From contig OX597819.1 of NCBI GenBank assembly GCA_951406725.2, positions 82,026,001 to 82,090,000 of the forward strand: a stretch of DNA of 64,000 nucleotides, read 5' to 3'. Of the stretch, positions 13,258-25,261 are shown in pieces. The first letter of the stretch is position 1. Every line of letters starts with the position of its first letter. Below the pieces are notes generated by a model. The model was not told the DNA's origin. It did not search any database and worked only from the letters and a program-made list of their open reading frames with translations. The translations under genes were made by a program, and so were the position numbers. The DNA is from Octopus vulgaris. Taxonomy: Eukaryota.

Positions 13258-14196
13258 TAGCAAAAGACCGCCCTCCGGGCGGTTTTTCTGTTGGCTACTC
13301 GATAAGATTTCAACACTTGATTCCCAAATCTAATAATTTTAATTATATTTTAATTCTAATTATTTTCTTATATTATAGTGCTCACTTGCTTAGTAAATAT
13401 TGCTCTCATTATATTATCACAGTCATAATCTCACTTTTTGAAATAAGCAACAAGGTAGTCCAACTATGTTTAATATGCCAAAAAATAACAGTGATCACAT
13501 AGAGATATTCTAATACCTATAGCGTATCAAATAGCCATAGCAACTAATTTATTTGCTAGTTCTTAGATAACGACGGAAAGGAAATAAGTCACATGAGTTC
13601 GAAGCTTCAGTAAGATTTAATAAGTTGTCCAATATAATTTATTTTCAGTATGTATAAACAATAAACTGAGGGAGTTTACACAGCGAATTTAAGTCAACAA
13701 GAAACCCGATTTCCTCATCTGAAATAACGAAATAAAACTTGAAATGAAAAAAATTGCAATGAATATGTTTTAAGTAGATTATTATTAATGAAAACAATTA
13801 AAGGCGGGAGACAAAGAAAGTGAGAGACTGTGTTGTAAATGAAAACAAAAAAATTTGCCAAGACATATTAATATTGTTTATCAAATGTTAAAAACCTACT
13901 CTGCAGTGAACGTAAAGCTTGGCAATAAATATTTAAATTTGTGATAGTAAACAATAACGGACGCTTCGAAAGTGCCTTTTTATCGATAACAGAGGAATTT
14001 ATAAAAAATTTCCAGGGAGTCAAAATTAGAATATGGCTGTTATGGATGTTATGACAAACTTATTAACATACAACACTGAAATTTATATGTAGATATATAG
14101 CTGAGTCAATCTGTTATATATATTTATCATTCATAATTGGTAGAACCTCCATAGGTGTGCATAGATATATAGATAGATAGATACATACATACATAT

Positions 14197-14228
<32 letters not shown>

Positions 14229-14231
14229 ATG

Positions 14232-14280
<49 letters not shown>

Positions 14281-15158
14281 GGAGAGAGAGAGATGCATAA
14301 GGGCCAGAAGCAACCTCAGCCTCAGTAATATGATCATGTAAATTGACAATGATGTAGCGTGTGCCATTGCAATGTCCATTAGTAGCATCTAAATTTCTCA
14401 GAAGCGTTATGCAGCATTCTTTCTTCAGTTTGAGAATGTATGGTGGAAAATCTCATGGTGTAAGTTTGTTGAGGAACTCAATTGGGTACAGAGTTTCATT
14501 ATCAACTGTATCTGAACTTCTGTATATTTTTAGTTCACCAGGGATCCTTGTCAACAGAAAACCATTCACCAATTGTGCTGCTCCATTTGTTAGAGTAACA
14601 ATGGTTCTATTTGCAAGCCGCACAGGGTTTGCGAAGCTATTTTTTAAGTCAGCATATACAAAATCACATAGATCTGAATGAGTACCACTTTCAAGGCAAT
14701 GTCATTAGAAAAAAATTATACCTGTATATTAAAGAATTTTCATTTTATCAAAAATATTCATTTAACAAACTCCGGAAACTTATAATGCTCTTGAAATTGT
14801 GCCTCGTATCAAAGTTATATAGCTATTATTAACTTATCATTAATGAAAATGGAGGTGAGCGAGAATGAGAGACTGTTGCAAATAAAAGCTTAAAATGTTA
14901 CCTGCAACGAATTAATATTGTTTATTATTAAACATTAATATCTACTCCGCAGTGAATGCAATGAATATTTAAATTTGCGAGTATTTGGAGTTAAAAACAT
15001 TCAATAAACTTCAGAAATCGAAATCATAAGAAATTTTTTAGAACATGAATTGATAAAAATATTTCCAGACGGCCAAGCTTTTTATATTGCTTTCTTTTAG
15101 TACTTTTAGTAATTGTTACATACCTAATTAATAAGTAGCTTTTTCCGTTATAGAATAG

Positions 15159-15159
<1 letters not shown>
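13257..15159 (-). mobile_element. Helitron (composite, defective) inserted in an (ATT)n array
   Basis: Minus strand: 5' A|TCTATTCTATAA at 15159; 3' perfect hairpin ACCGCCC-GGA-GGGCGGT then CTTTTG-CTAG|T at 13257; contains a helicase relic. Confidence 0.8.
14305..14690 (-). pseudogene. Helitron PIF1-like helicase fragment
   Basis: Minus translation: IPGELKIYRSSDTVDNETLYPIEFLNKLTP*DFPPYILKLKKECCITLLRNLDATNGHCNGTRY. Confidence 0.92.
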
Positions 15160-15226
<67 letters not shown>

Positions 15227-15252
15227 CATCATCATCATCATCATCATCATTA

Positions 15253-15593
15253 TTGTCTGTGCACAGCTTCCAACGCTGGAGATGTACTACGCTGCCATCT
15301 GTTCACTACCAGTGAACTAAGGTAACATCCCTTATTTTTCGAGATATTCCAAGCAGTGCTGTTTTCTTCAAGTGCTCCCCCCTTATTGCAGCCCCTATTT
15401 ATTCCATGTACTTCTCAAGATTTTTACTCTATGTTCCCAGGGCTCCGACAATTATTGGTACTATTACAACCTTTTTCATCGACCCCCAACTGTTTAACCG
15501 CCCAAGCTAACCTGTCATATCTATCGACTTTTCTTACTTCATCATCGCATACCTTGTTGTCAGTTGGACATACTATATCTGTGATCCAACATA
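15253..15593 (-). mobile_element. 3' end of an R4/Dong-type LINE (REL endonuclease plus 3' UTR), ending in a (GAT)/(AAT)n tail
   Basis: Minus translation: DIVCPTDNKVCDDEVRKVDRYDRLAWAVKQL...VVIVPIIVGALGT...KKTALLG, homologous to the C-terminus of the 30871-32880 element. Confidence 0.85.
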
Positions 15594-15595
15594 TT

Positions 15596-15815
15596 AAGGC
15601 AGTGAGTTAACAGAATCGTGAATACGCCGGAGAAAACGCTTAACGTCATTTCATCGGTCTTTAGGTTTAGAGTTCAAATTCCGCCGAAGTTGACTTTGCC
15701 TTTCATCCTTTCGGAGTCAATGAAAGAAATATCAGTCGAGTACTGGGTTAGATGAAATCGACCCTTTAATTCCCTCTACATAACTGCTGATTTTGTGCCA
15801 AAATTTTGAAACCAT
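15596..15815 (+). mobile_element. Family A SINE, full length
   Basis: aaggcagtgagttaacagaatcg...agttcaaattccgccga...gcctttcatcctttcggagtc...gaaaccattatta. Confidence 0.9.
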
Positions 15816-17383
15816 TATTATTTTTATCGGCATAGAGGAAAAGGAAATCGATTTACTAAATATAAATATAGAGCTCAAACGAATTTATGTCAATAGAATC
15901 TTGACAAAACTCTTTAATTTCTTGAGTTTTAACACTTGAACAATATTTCATAATTGAGAAGAAACGATGTATCGCGTATATTGATTTTAAAAAGAAAAAA
16001 ATTATTTTAAGGATGATACAATCGATTGAAGAAATAGTGATTTAAATTGACGTCAGTACATCATCGATCCCAGAATGAAAGTCATGGCGTCCCCAAAATA
16101 AAAAGTAGAATTTACTCCAATGTTCTGTGATTCCTGGCAATTCGATCGTTTATCAGCCTTGATAGGGATTACTTAAGCTGATTCAAAACAGGCACATTTT
16201 AGGGGAGACGCACAGTGAATTAAATTACCTACAATACATGCTTGATGTTCCTGTTATAAATCTCTTTAAAAAACATGAAATATTGAATGCGGTGGGTTTA
16301 AGCAGAAGGAAGAGTGACAGAACCAAATTCAGAAAAAGCTCCTTACTCTTTCTGCCATCCTATTACCAAAATAACAATAAATTTGGATTTTAGCTTCTAG
16401 TTAGTCGTATCCAGGGTTTCATTTCCTTTTTCAACTCTATTCGTTGATGCTTTTCTTAAAAGCATGGCTATCATGTTATCTAATTTCCTTTTTATACGTC
16501 ATATATATAAAATGTATGTAAGCATCTACATATCTATGAATCTGTTTGACTGCTTGCATGTTTGGGGCTATATAAGATATCAAAGTTATTTTCAGCTGTA
16601 ATAATAACGAAATATTTAGTATTAAGTTTGACGTAATTGGTATTGTTATTATACATTGATTGAATAGCTACCTATCTCGGTCACATTTAATAATTATAAA
16701 ACAAAATGCAGATCAAGTTGCACAGCTATTAATTGAACGCCACAGCATGTTTTCTTAACCTGATGGCAAAGTATACATTCTCATATCAAGACTTAGTTTA
16801 CGACAATGGAAACGATGTATAAAGTAATTTCCTCTGAAAAGAAGATCCCATTTGATATCAAACTGAATTAAAGCATACAATACATAATTATTAAAGCAAA
16901 TTTTATCAAAATTCTATGGTTTTCCATCTTTAACATGCTCATTATATCTTACACATGTTGCTTCAATTTGTCTGTCTGTCAGTGTCTATCTGTCTGTGTC
17001 TGTCTGTCTGTTTTCCCCCTCTCTCTCTCTCGATTTCAAACATTTCTTCCTTTAATTATTCTACTACAATATATTACCTATGTTCTGTATTGCGCTATAC
17101 ACAGCAACGAGAAGTTGAAGGTTAAACATAATCACTGATTAATTTCTTAACTCCAACATTTCCGTTTTTGGTGTAAATTCCTATGTGTTTTACATTTAAT
17201 CAATACAAGAAACATTGAAAGCATACATTGCAACATCCATTTTCTGCTGAGTATGTCAGTTAATCCGTCTTGTATTTAACGCAAAACACTAATAACTAAA
17301 AATATTCTTGATATATACGTTCATTATATTCCAACTTATAATGATGAAATATAATGAACGTATATATCATTATATTCCAACTT

Positions 17384-17688
17384 GTGGAGGTGCAATGGCC
17401 CAGTGGTTAGGGCAGTGGACTCGCGGTGGTAGGATCGCGGTTTCGATTCCCAGGCCGGGCGTTGTGAGTGTTTATTGAGCGAAAACACCTAAATGCTCCA
17501 CGAGGCCCCGGCAGGGGGTGATGATCCCTTCTGTACACTTTCTACACACTTTCTCCCACTCTTTCTTCTGTTGGCCTGCTCGCTTAGCCAGCGGGGTGGC
17601 GTCATTCGAAGGCTAAAACAATGCGAACGCATTGTGACCAGCGATGTGTAGCAACATCTGATGGTCTGGTCGGTCACGTGATCACGTG
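17384..17688 (+). mobile_element. Family C SINE with perfect 12-bp TSD
   Basis: A/B boxes as at 9650; TSD atattccaactt at 17372-17383 and 17689-17700; tail (cacgtgat)x2. Confidence 0.92.
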
Positions 17689-17964
17689 ATATTCCAACTT
17701 AACCTATACTCTAATTTTTAAAAGGAATCTTTTTTGAAATAATTTACCGAAAGTTCGATAGGCTTCAAATTGTTGAATATGTCTTATTCATTGGTTCATG
17801 AAAGACCTACCTGAAGATTTCCTTTTCAAGTAGCCAGGTGTACCAAACCTTGTTACAGATATGTAATTTTTAAAATGCAATTTTTTTTCGTTTATGATGG
17901 AAAAATGAGAGTGCATATTTATTTTATGAGTGCCGTGTATCAAGTCTATAAAATTGTGCATAAA

Positions 17965-18012
<48 letters not shown>

Positions 18013-18139
18013 TAAGTGCATTAAGTTATCATCGTATTCTAATTTCCTTCACTTTTCAATGAATAGCAGATGAGGGACTATCTTTCCACACAACACAGAC
18101 TGCGATTTCAGGCTTTTTGGATTAAGTTTTCAGGAACGT

Positions 18140-18363
18140 AAAGGCTGTGTGCTGAAAGAATCGTTAGAGCGTCGGAAAAAGTGCATGGCAATATTTCTTC
18201 CATCTGTTTAAGTTCTGTGTTCAAATGCCACAGAGATCGAATTCTCCTTTCATCTTTTCGGAGTCGACAAAATAAGTATCAGCTGAGTACAGCATTTGAT
18301 GTAACTGATTTATCTCCTCTCCCTAAAATTTCTGGTCTGTGCTAAAATTTGAAACTCTTATTA
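18140..18363 (+). mobile_element. Family A SINE, diverged
   Basis: agaatcgttagagcgtcgg...cctttcatcttttcggagtcgac...aaaatttgaaac. Confidence 0.8.
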
Positions 18364-19538
18364 TTTCGGAATAACGTTTTGAATCAGATTTTATTATGCA
18401 CCCTTGTTTATTTTCAAAGTTATTCAATCGTTTTATGTCTCTTTAAGGAATCATTTCATACTAGTTTTCTTCACAACTTTTATAGTTATAAAAAAATATT
18501 TTCTTTCAGCTTGTAACAAACTCAGAATGTCATGTAAACAAGCATAACAAAACTTTTATTCCATATATTTACACCTGTGATTCCATTTAATGACACAGCA
18601 CAAAATAGAATATTTATTGATCGATGTATTATTCCAAAAAGGTTTTATTCCAAATCTAAAACAGAAATCGTATATTTCCTTTGCGATATCTTTGATAAAT
18701 TTACACAAAATAAATTATTTATTTTCATTCTGTAAATGCCAATATATATTCAGTTTCAGATAATGTGGTTATAACATTAATATTATTCTTCACAAGTATT
18801 CCTTGTCTGTATTGAACGAAATAGGTGATGGAATAACTGAAGCCAAGCTTTTCTTCTCGTTAAAGAAAAGATCAATAAGCTGACAGATAGCACAAGGTGA
18901 CATTTCTCTTCTTTTTTACGTAACGTGAATTTGCGTTGATAAAATGTGATAACACATTTCTCTCGGATTCCTTTTCATCCTGCACAAGCGCTGGTATTCT
19001 AGAACTAAATAATATAATTCTCTACCTCTTTCTCTCGGTTGGTCTATTTGTATTCATGCATATATGTACGTATGCATGAATCACTCTTTCATTCCTCTCC
19101 CGTCTTTCTTTCTGTGTGTGTAGCTTTTTGTAACTCGCCTACCTTCATATCTTAAACATTACTAATACATACAACCCCACATACACACACACAAAAGCAC
19201 ACACAAACGAACATACACGCACACGTAGATATATAGTAAAGTCCCACTTAACTCCACAACAACTATTCACAACAAATATAACTCTCTACTTACAAAAAAA
19301 AAAAACATCAGCAAAGGTCCTGTTGTTATTCTTAAACTCATCTGAAAAAACACCATTTAATGTTATTATTCAAATTTATGCCAATGGCCCCCTCCCAGTT
19401 TTTCATTTAGCAATTCTAACAATGAGTGTGTGTGTGTGTGTGTGTGCGTGGAGTGTGCGTGCGCAAGTTTTCGAGTGTATGCGTGTGTATATGCATATAT
19501 ATATTTGTATGTATGTACGAATGTATATATGTACGTAG

Positions 19539-19539
<1 letters not shown>

Positions 19540-19573
<34 letters not shown>

Positions 19574-19770
19574 TTTGTGTTTGTTCCTCCTCCACTACTG
19601 CTTGCAAACAGGTGTAGGTGTGTTTACGCTCCTGTGACATAACAGTTCGGCGAAAGACATCGTTAGAATAAGTACCAAGCTTTAAAAAATATTGGGGTCG
19701 ATTCATTCGACTAAAAATTCTTCAGCATGGTCGCAGTCTAATGACAGAAACAGCTAAAAGATAAAAGATA
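19540..19770 (+). mobile_element. Family B SINE 3' half
   Basis: (GT)n, then gtgtttacg...gaataagtacc...ggggtcgatt..ttcgactaaa...cagcatggtcgcagtc. Confidence 0.8.
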
Positions 19771-20745
19771 AAACAACAGTAACATCATAATTCAAAGTTA
19801 TTTCATACATAAATTAAGTGCAGAAAAATTTTATCTAATTCAAAGTTTCCATGAAATCGTGTGGGGCAGAGTAAAATTGTGACGTTTGAATCTCTCGTCT
19901 AATATGTAGTTGTAATATCATTGGATAATATCTTTTGGCAACGCAATAATATTATGTACAATATTTTTCTGCCCTTCCATATTGTAAGGGTTATGGAAAA
20001 CCTGATATTTAATTTTTAAAATCATGGAATTAAAACCTGATTTGACTTCCACAAAAAAATACGATCACGGAGTTCTGTTTTTATTAAGCCTAAGTCTGAC
20101 CTATTTATCACATGAGTCTGTTGTACAGGTCATATTTCTGAGGTGTCCATGCATCGTATATGATGCATATACAATTATGTTTCAATCAGCAGCATAATTT
20201 GGGCTATATTAAAGGAGAGTTTAATATTACAAAGAGCGTATGACACAAGGGTTAACTAAAAGTCTGAAACAAACATGAATATTTAAGACAAGCTTATGAA
20301 AACGATTCAGAGAGTCAAAGAGCTAAGAAGACAAAAATTCTTTTGTAGAAAATCAGTGAGATTGTCTTTATAACGGTCATACACATGTTACAATATTCTT
20401 ACCATACTCCAATATAGGATTGAGTTCTTGCAAAATTCGTTTTGTAAAAGTGCGATTATGTTACTCCTAGCATATTCTGCGAGTTCTTATTCATGTTCTT
20501 CCAAATCTAATTATCCTGAATGACATTTAAATTGGAAATAACTGTGTAGAACACATATCTTAAAATTCCTTTTCGAGACTTGCGTGACAGAAACATTTGG
20601 GTCAAGTAGAGAACTTCAGCAGAGAAAAATATTGAAAATGGAATGTTGCTTGTAAACTATTAGGAAACTTATTCGTTTGATACTTTTATCACTCTTCACA
20701 TATTGCGTGCTCACACATATACATCAATGCATTCATGCCCATGTA

Positions 20746-20857
<112 letters not shown>

Positions 20858-20874
20858 AATCTATTGATTGATAG

Positions 20875-21594
20875 ATTCCCGTTGTTTCCCGTTGCCGTTC
20901 ATCGGACAGTTTTTGCTATATATATATTCAGTAAAACAAGCGTTGAAGTCATTGAAAAGTAGGCTTGCTATTAAACCTTTCCTGAGTAGAATCGGCAGCA
21001 GTGATGAAAAGGATGAAAAGTAGATTTTCTATAAGCATGTCCAACGAAAACCAAAATGGCTGCCACCCACCGAAAGATATTATGCTGTGTTTGGCGGGAT
21101 ATGAAGGTTGTCTGTCACGAAATGCTAAAGCAAAACAAAATGGTTACTGCAGAGGAATATTGTTAAATGGAAATATTAAACAAAAATTCGCAGAAGCAGC
21201 TCCCTTCGTAGGTCAATCGTAATGGCGTGTTTCTCTTACACGATAATGCAAGAACACATATTTCCCGTCACTAAGCAAAAGATTATGACACTAAATATGG
21301 AAGATTTCCACATCTTTCTTAGTCTCCTGGCTTTGCACCATCTGACTTTATAGATAATTTCATTTATTGTGAAGTGGTTAAAAATGCTATTGAATGTTTA
21401 TTTGCTTCAAAAGGTAAAGAATTTTACGTTCACGGGATCGACTATTTATCAAATAGATGCGAATATGTTATCACTAATGAGGAAAATATTATTTTGAGTA
21501 AATATTACATTTAGTAATTAAGACCGTTAAAAGCAAAGAAGAATTCGTTTCTTTCCCATCTTGAAATGACATGCAACATAATTCCTTTTCCAAC

Positions 21595-21600
<6 letters not shown>
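20875..21600 (+). mobile_element. Decayed mariner 3' part with right TIR
   Basis: Broken frames HPPK..IMLCL..YEG, FLLHDNARTH, SPGFAPSDF; ends ttttccaacctaa-TA at a (TA)n run. Confidence 0.85.
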
Positions 21601-21682
<82 letters not shown>

Positions 21683-21855
21683 AGATATAATATATATGTA
21701 ATCAGATAGAAAGGAAAATAACTCTCTGTACAGAGCAATAACTTAGCGCTCTAATTAATAGAGCAACATGAAATATAAAGATTCATAAAAAGAAAATAAA
21801 TTTCAATTTCAGGAGTCAGAAGAATTCATTTCGTCAGTAGATTTCCCAACATCGG

Positions 21856-22577
21856 AATACTTCATAAAATATATGTAAATATAAATATGTAGATACATAT
21901 AAGATATAAAGCATAAATATTTTCGCATGACATCATCTGAAATTTCATGTCCGTGTTTGAAATCGGTGAGAAAACTATTATACATGCAAGGTCAATATCA
22001 TATTAACCCAAATTATCAATTGGATGAAAGGGTGGTTCAAAATGATTGAAAGAGTAACCCATATATAAATCCAGGGTAAGTTCAAATTCCTATGGTTGTT
22101 TCAAGAACATGTTGTATGAAATGGGCGAACCATTTCCATCCATCACAGTTATCCACATTTCTTTCTTCAGAGATGACTTAAGAGGATTTAAAAGATTGTT
22201 TTTTTTCATTTTAGAATTACGTTTAAAACTTTTTGAAATTTTGAAATTTGGAGCGAAAGTACAAGCTGTTCATGTGCCTCAATAACATGTACTTCCGCTC
22301 TAAACTTCAAATTGTTAAAATTCAAAAATAATCTAAAACATATTTTTAAAATTAAAAGAAAAAAATCTTTTAAATCCTCTTAAGTCATCGCTATGGATTT
22401 TGAACCATATGATAATTTGGATTAATGTAATATTGACCTTGCATGTATAATAGTTTTCTCATTGATTCCAATCACGGACATACAATTTCATATGATGTCA
22501 CCCGATATATATATTTATGTTTTATACTTTAATTGTATCTACATATTTATATTTATTTATATTTTTATGAAGTATTC
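21856..22577. mobile_element. Foldback (MITE-like) element, copy 1; copy 2 at ~24319-25038
   Basis: Nested inverted arms: 21856-22043 vs 22397-22577, and 22174-22263 vs 22288-22390. Confidence 0.8.
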
Positions 22578-22791
22578 AAATACATGCATACATATATACA
22601 TACATACATACGTACGTACGTACATACATCATACATACACGTATGTGTGCGCATGTATGTGTGTGCTTATGTATGTATGTATGTATGTATGTATGTATAG
22701 GCACAGGCTTGGCTATGTGGTAAGAAACTTACTTCCCAGCCACATGGTCCCGGGTTCAGTCCCATTGTGTGACACCTTTGACAACTATCTG

Positions 22792-23594
22792 TAATTAATT
22801 CAAATGATTAAAAATTGTCGACAAATTAAGTTTCAGACCGTACGAAAATTATTTTGTTTAAATTGAAAATTTAAGGCACAAATGATCAATGAACAAACGT
22901 TTATTATTAATATCTAGTTCCATAACCATTAATTTCAATAACGGCCTTACAACGCGGGACATGGAATTCGCCAAATGAGCCCAGAAGTCACTTGGAATAT
23001 TCTGTCATATTTCTTCAATAAAATGATATACCTGGGACAAAATTGTTGTTTATTTTAGCATGAACTCTTTTAGAAACATAATTCCATAAATTTTCTAATG
23101 GATTCCGATCTGCTCTCTGCGGATGCAACTCAATAGCCACTTTAAGTATGTATGTATGTATGTATGTATGTATGTATGTATGTATGTATGTATGTATGTA
23201 TGTATGTATGTATGTATGTATGCGTGTGTATGTGTTTGTGTGTATGTATGTATGTATGTATGTGTGTATTTATGTATGTATGTATGTATGTATGTATGGA
23301 TGGATGGATGGATGGATGGATGGATGTATGTATGTATGTATGTATGTATGTATGTATGTATGTATGTATGAATGAATGGATGGATAGGCGCAGGCGTGGC
23401 TATGTGGTAAGAAACTTAGTTCCCAACCACATGGTTCCGGATTCAGTCCTACTGCGTGGTACCTTAGATGACTGTCTGTAATTAGTTCATAAATGTATAA
23501 ACTCAATATTGTGTGCTCAAAATATTGCAAAACTTTCCTAGCCTTATGAACGAGGCAATTGTCCTGCTGGAAAATAGATCCCCGTGGCATCTGA
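22792..23594 (-). mobile_element. Duplicated 3' part of the Tc1 element
   Basis: IFQQDNCLVHKARKV and NPLENLW motifs; paralogous to 25262-26134. Confidence 0.9.
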
Positions 23595-23596
23595 TA

Positions 23597-23626
<30 letters not shown>

Positions 23627-23635
<9 letters not shown>

Positions 23636-24135
23636 CCCGAAAAAATTTTTATCCAACATTAGTTATAAATTGAATAGTGTTCACCTCCGGATTCTCTCAA
23701 TCTGTGAAAGTTTCTAGTTCGAATCACACGTGTCTCGAGATGTGCCGAAGATTTTCTATTTTAGATATATTTGGTTTACTTAGGTCTGCTCAGGATTTAG
23801 TACTTGCTTTTTCCATGGGTATCAATAAGTATTTCACTTATATCCCACGTATTTATCGCTGAAGAGGGGAAAATTCTTATGAATTAACCCCGAAATTGGA
23901 CCAATACGGTAATAACGGATTTGTTTAGAAATTTCTATCGGTTTGTTTCGAGACGCATAAATTATAATGGTTATTGACAATTTTGTCTTTTTTTCGGCAT
24001 ATTTGGTATTAGAAATTTTCTTTTACCCTTATCTTGTAAATTATTTATAAATTTAACCTTTAAAAGTATTTTTTGATATGCTGGCCATTGATGAATTTTT
24101 TTTCCCGAAAAAATTTTTATCCTACATTAGTTATA
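23627..24135 (+). mobile_element. 468-bp terminally redundant non-coding element (retrozyme- or PLE pLTR-like)
   Basis: ~40-bp direct repeat ttttcccgaaaaaatttttatcc(a/t)acattagttata at both ends, (TA)n on both flanks, hammerhead inside. Confidence 0.7.
23853..23912 (+). ncRNA. Type I hammerhead ribozyme, canonical core
   Basis: Helix I TTATCG/CGGTAA; core CTGAAGA; helix II GGGG/CCCC (extended by AATTC/GAATT); core GAAA; helix III ATTG-GAC-CAAT; cleavage triplet ATA (cut after 23906). Confidence 0.85.
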
Positions 24136-25261
24136 TATATTTATATATATATATGATATAATATATATATATAATCAGATAGAAAGGAGATTAACTCCCT
24201 GTACTGAGCAACAACTTAGTGCTCTAATTAATAGAGCGACATGAAATATAAACATTGATAAAAAGAGAACAAATTTCAGGAGTCAGAATTCATTTCGCCA
24301 GTAGATTTCCCAACATCGGAGTAATTCATAAAAATATATGTAAATATAAATATGCAGATACATATAAGATATAAAGCATACATATATTCGCATGACATCA
24401 TGTGAAATTGCATGTCCGTGTTTGAAATCAGTGAGAAAACTTATACATGCAAGGTCAATATCATATAAACCCAAATTATCAATTGGATGAAAGGGTGGTT
24501 CAAAATGATTGAAAGAGTAACCCATATATAAATCCAGGGTAAGTTCACATTCTTATGGTTGTTTCAAGAACATGTTGTATGAAATGAGCGAACCATTTCC
24601 ATCCATCACAGTTATCCACATTTCTTTCTTCAGAGATGACTTAAGAGGATTTAAAAGATTGTTTTTTTTTTTCATTTTAGAATTACGTTTAAAACTTTTT
24701 GAAATTTTGAAATTTGGAGCGAAAGTACAAGCTGTTCATGTGCCTCAATAACATGTACCTCCGCTCTAAACTTCAAATTGTTAAAATTCAAAAATAATCT
24801 AAAACATTTTTAAAATTAAAAGAAAAAAATCTTTTAAATCCTCTTAAGTCATCGCTATGGATTTTGAACCATATGATAATTTGGATTAATGTAATATTGA
24901 CCTTGCATGTATAATAGTTTTCTCATTGATTCCAAACACGGACATACAATTTCATATGATGTCACCCGAATATATTTATGTTTTATACTTTAATTGTATC
25001 TACATATTTATATTTATTTATATTTTTATGAAGCATTCAAATACATACATACATACATACGTACGTACGTACATACATCATACGTACACGTATGTGTGCG
25101 CATGTATGTGTGTGTTTATGTATGTATGTATGTATGTATGTATGTATGTATGTATGTATGTATGTATAGGCACAGGCTTGGCTATATGGTAAGAAACTTA
25201 TTTCCCAACCACATGGTCCCGGGTTCAGTCGCACTGTGTGACACCTTGGACAACTATCTGT

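Noticed and set aside
21800-21845. Minus-strand CTGACGA...GAAA hammerhead-like cores
   Set aside because: Helices I-III do not pair convincingly, and the duplicate copy is further mutated.
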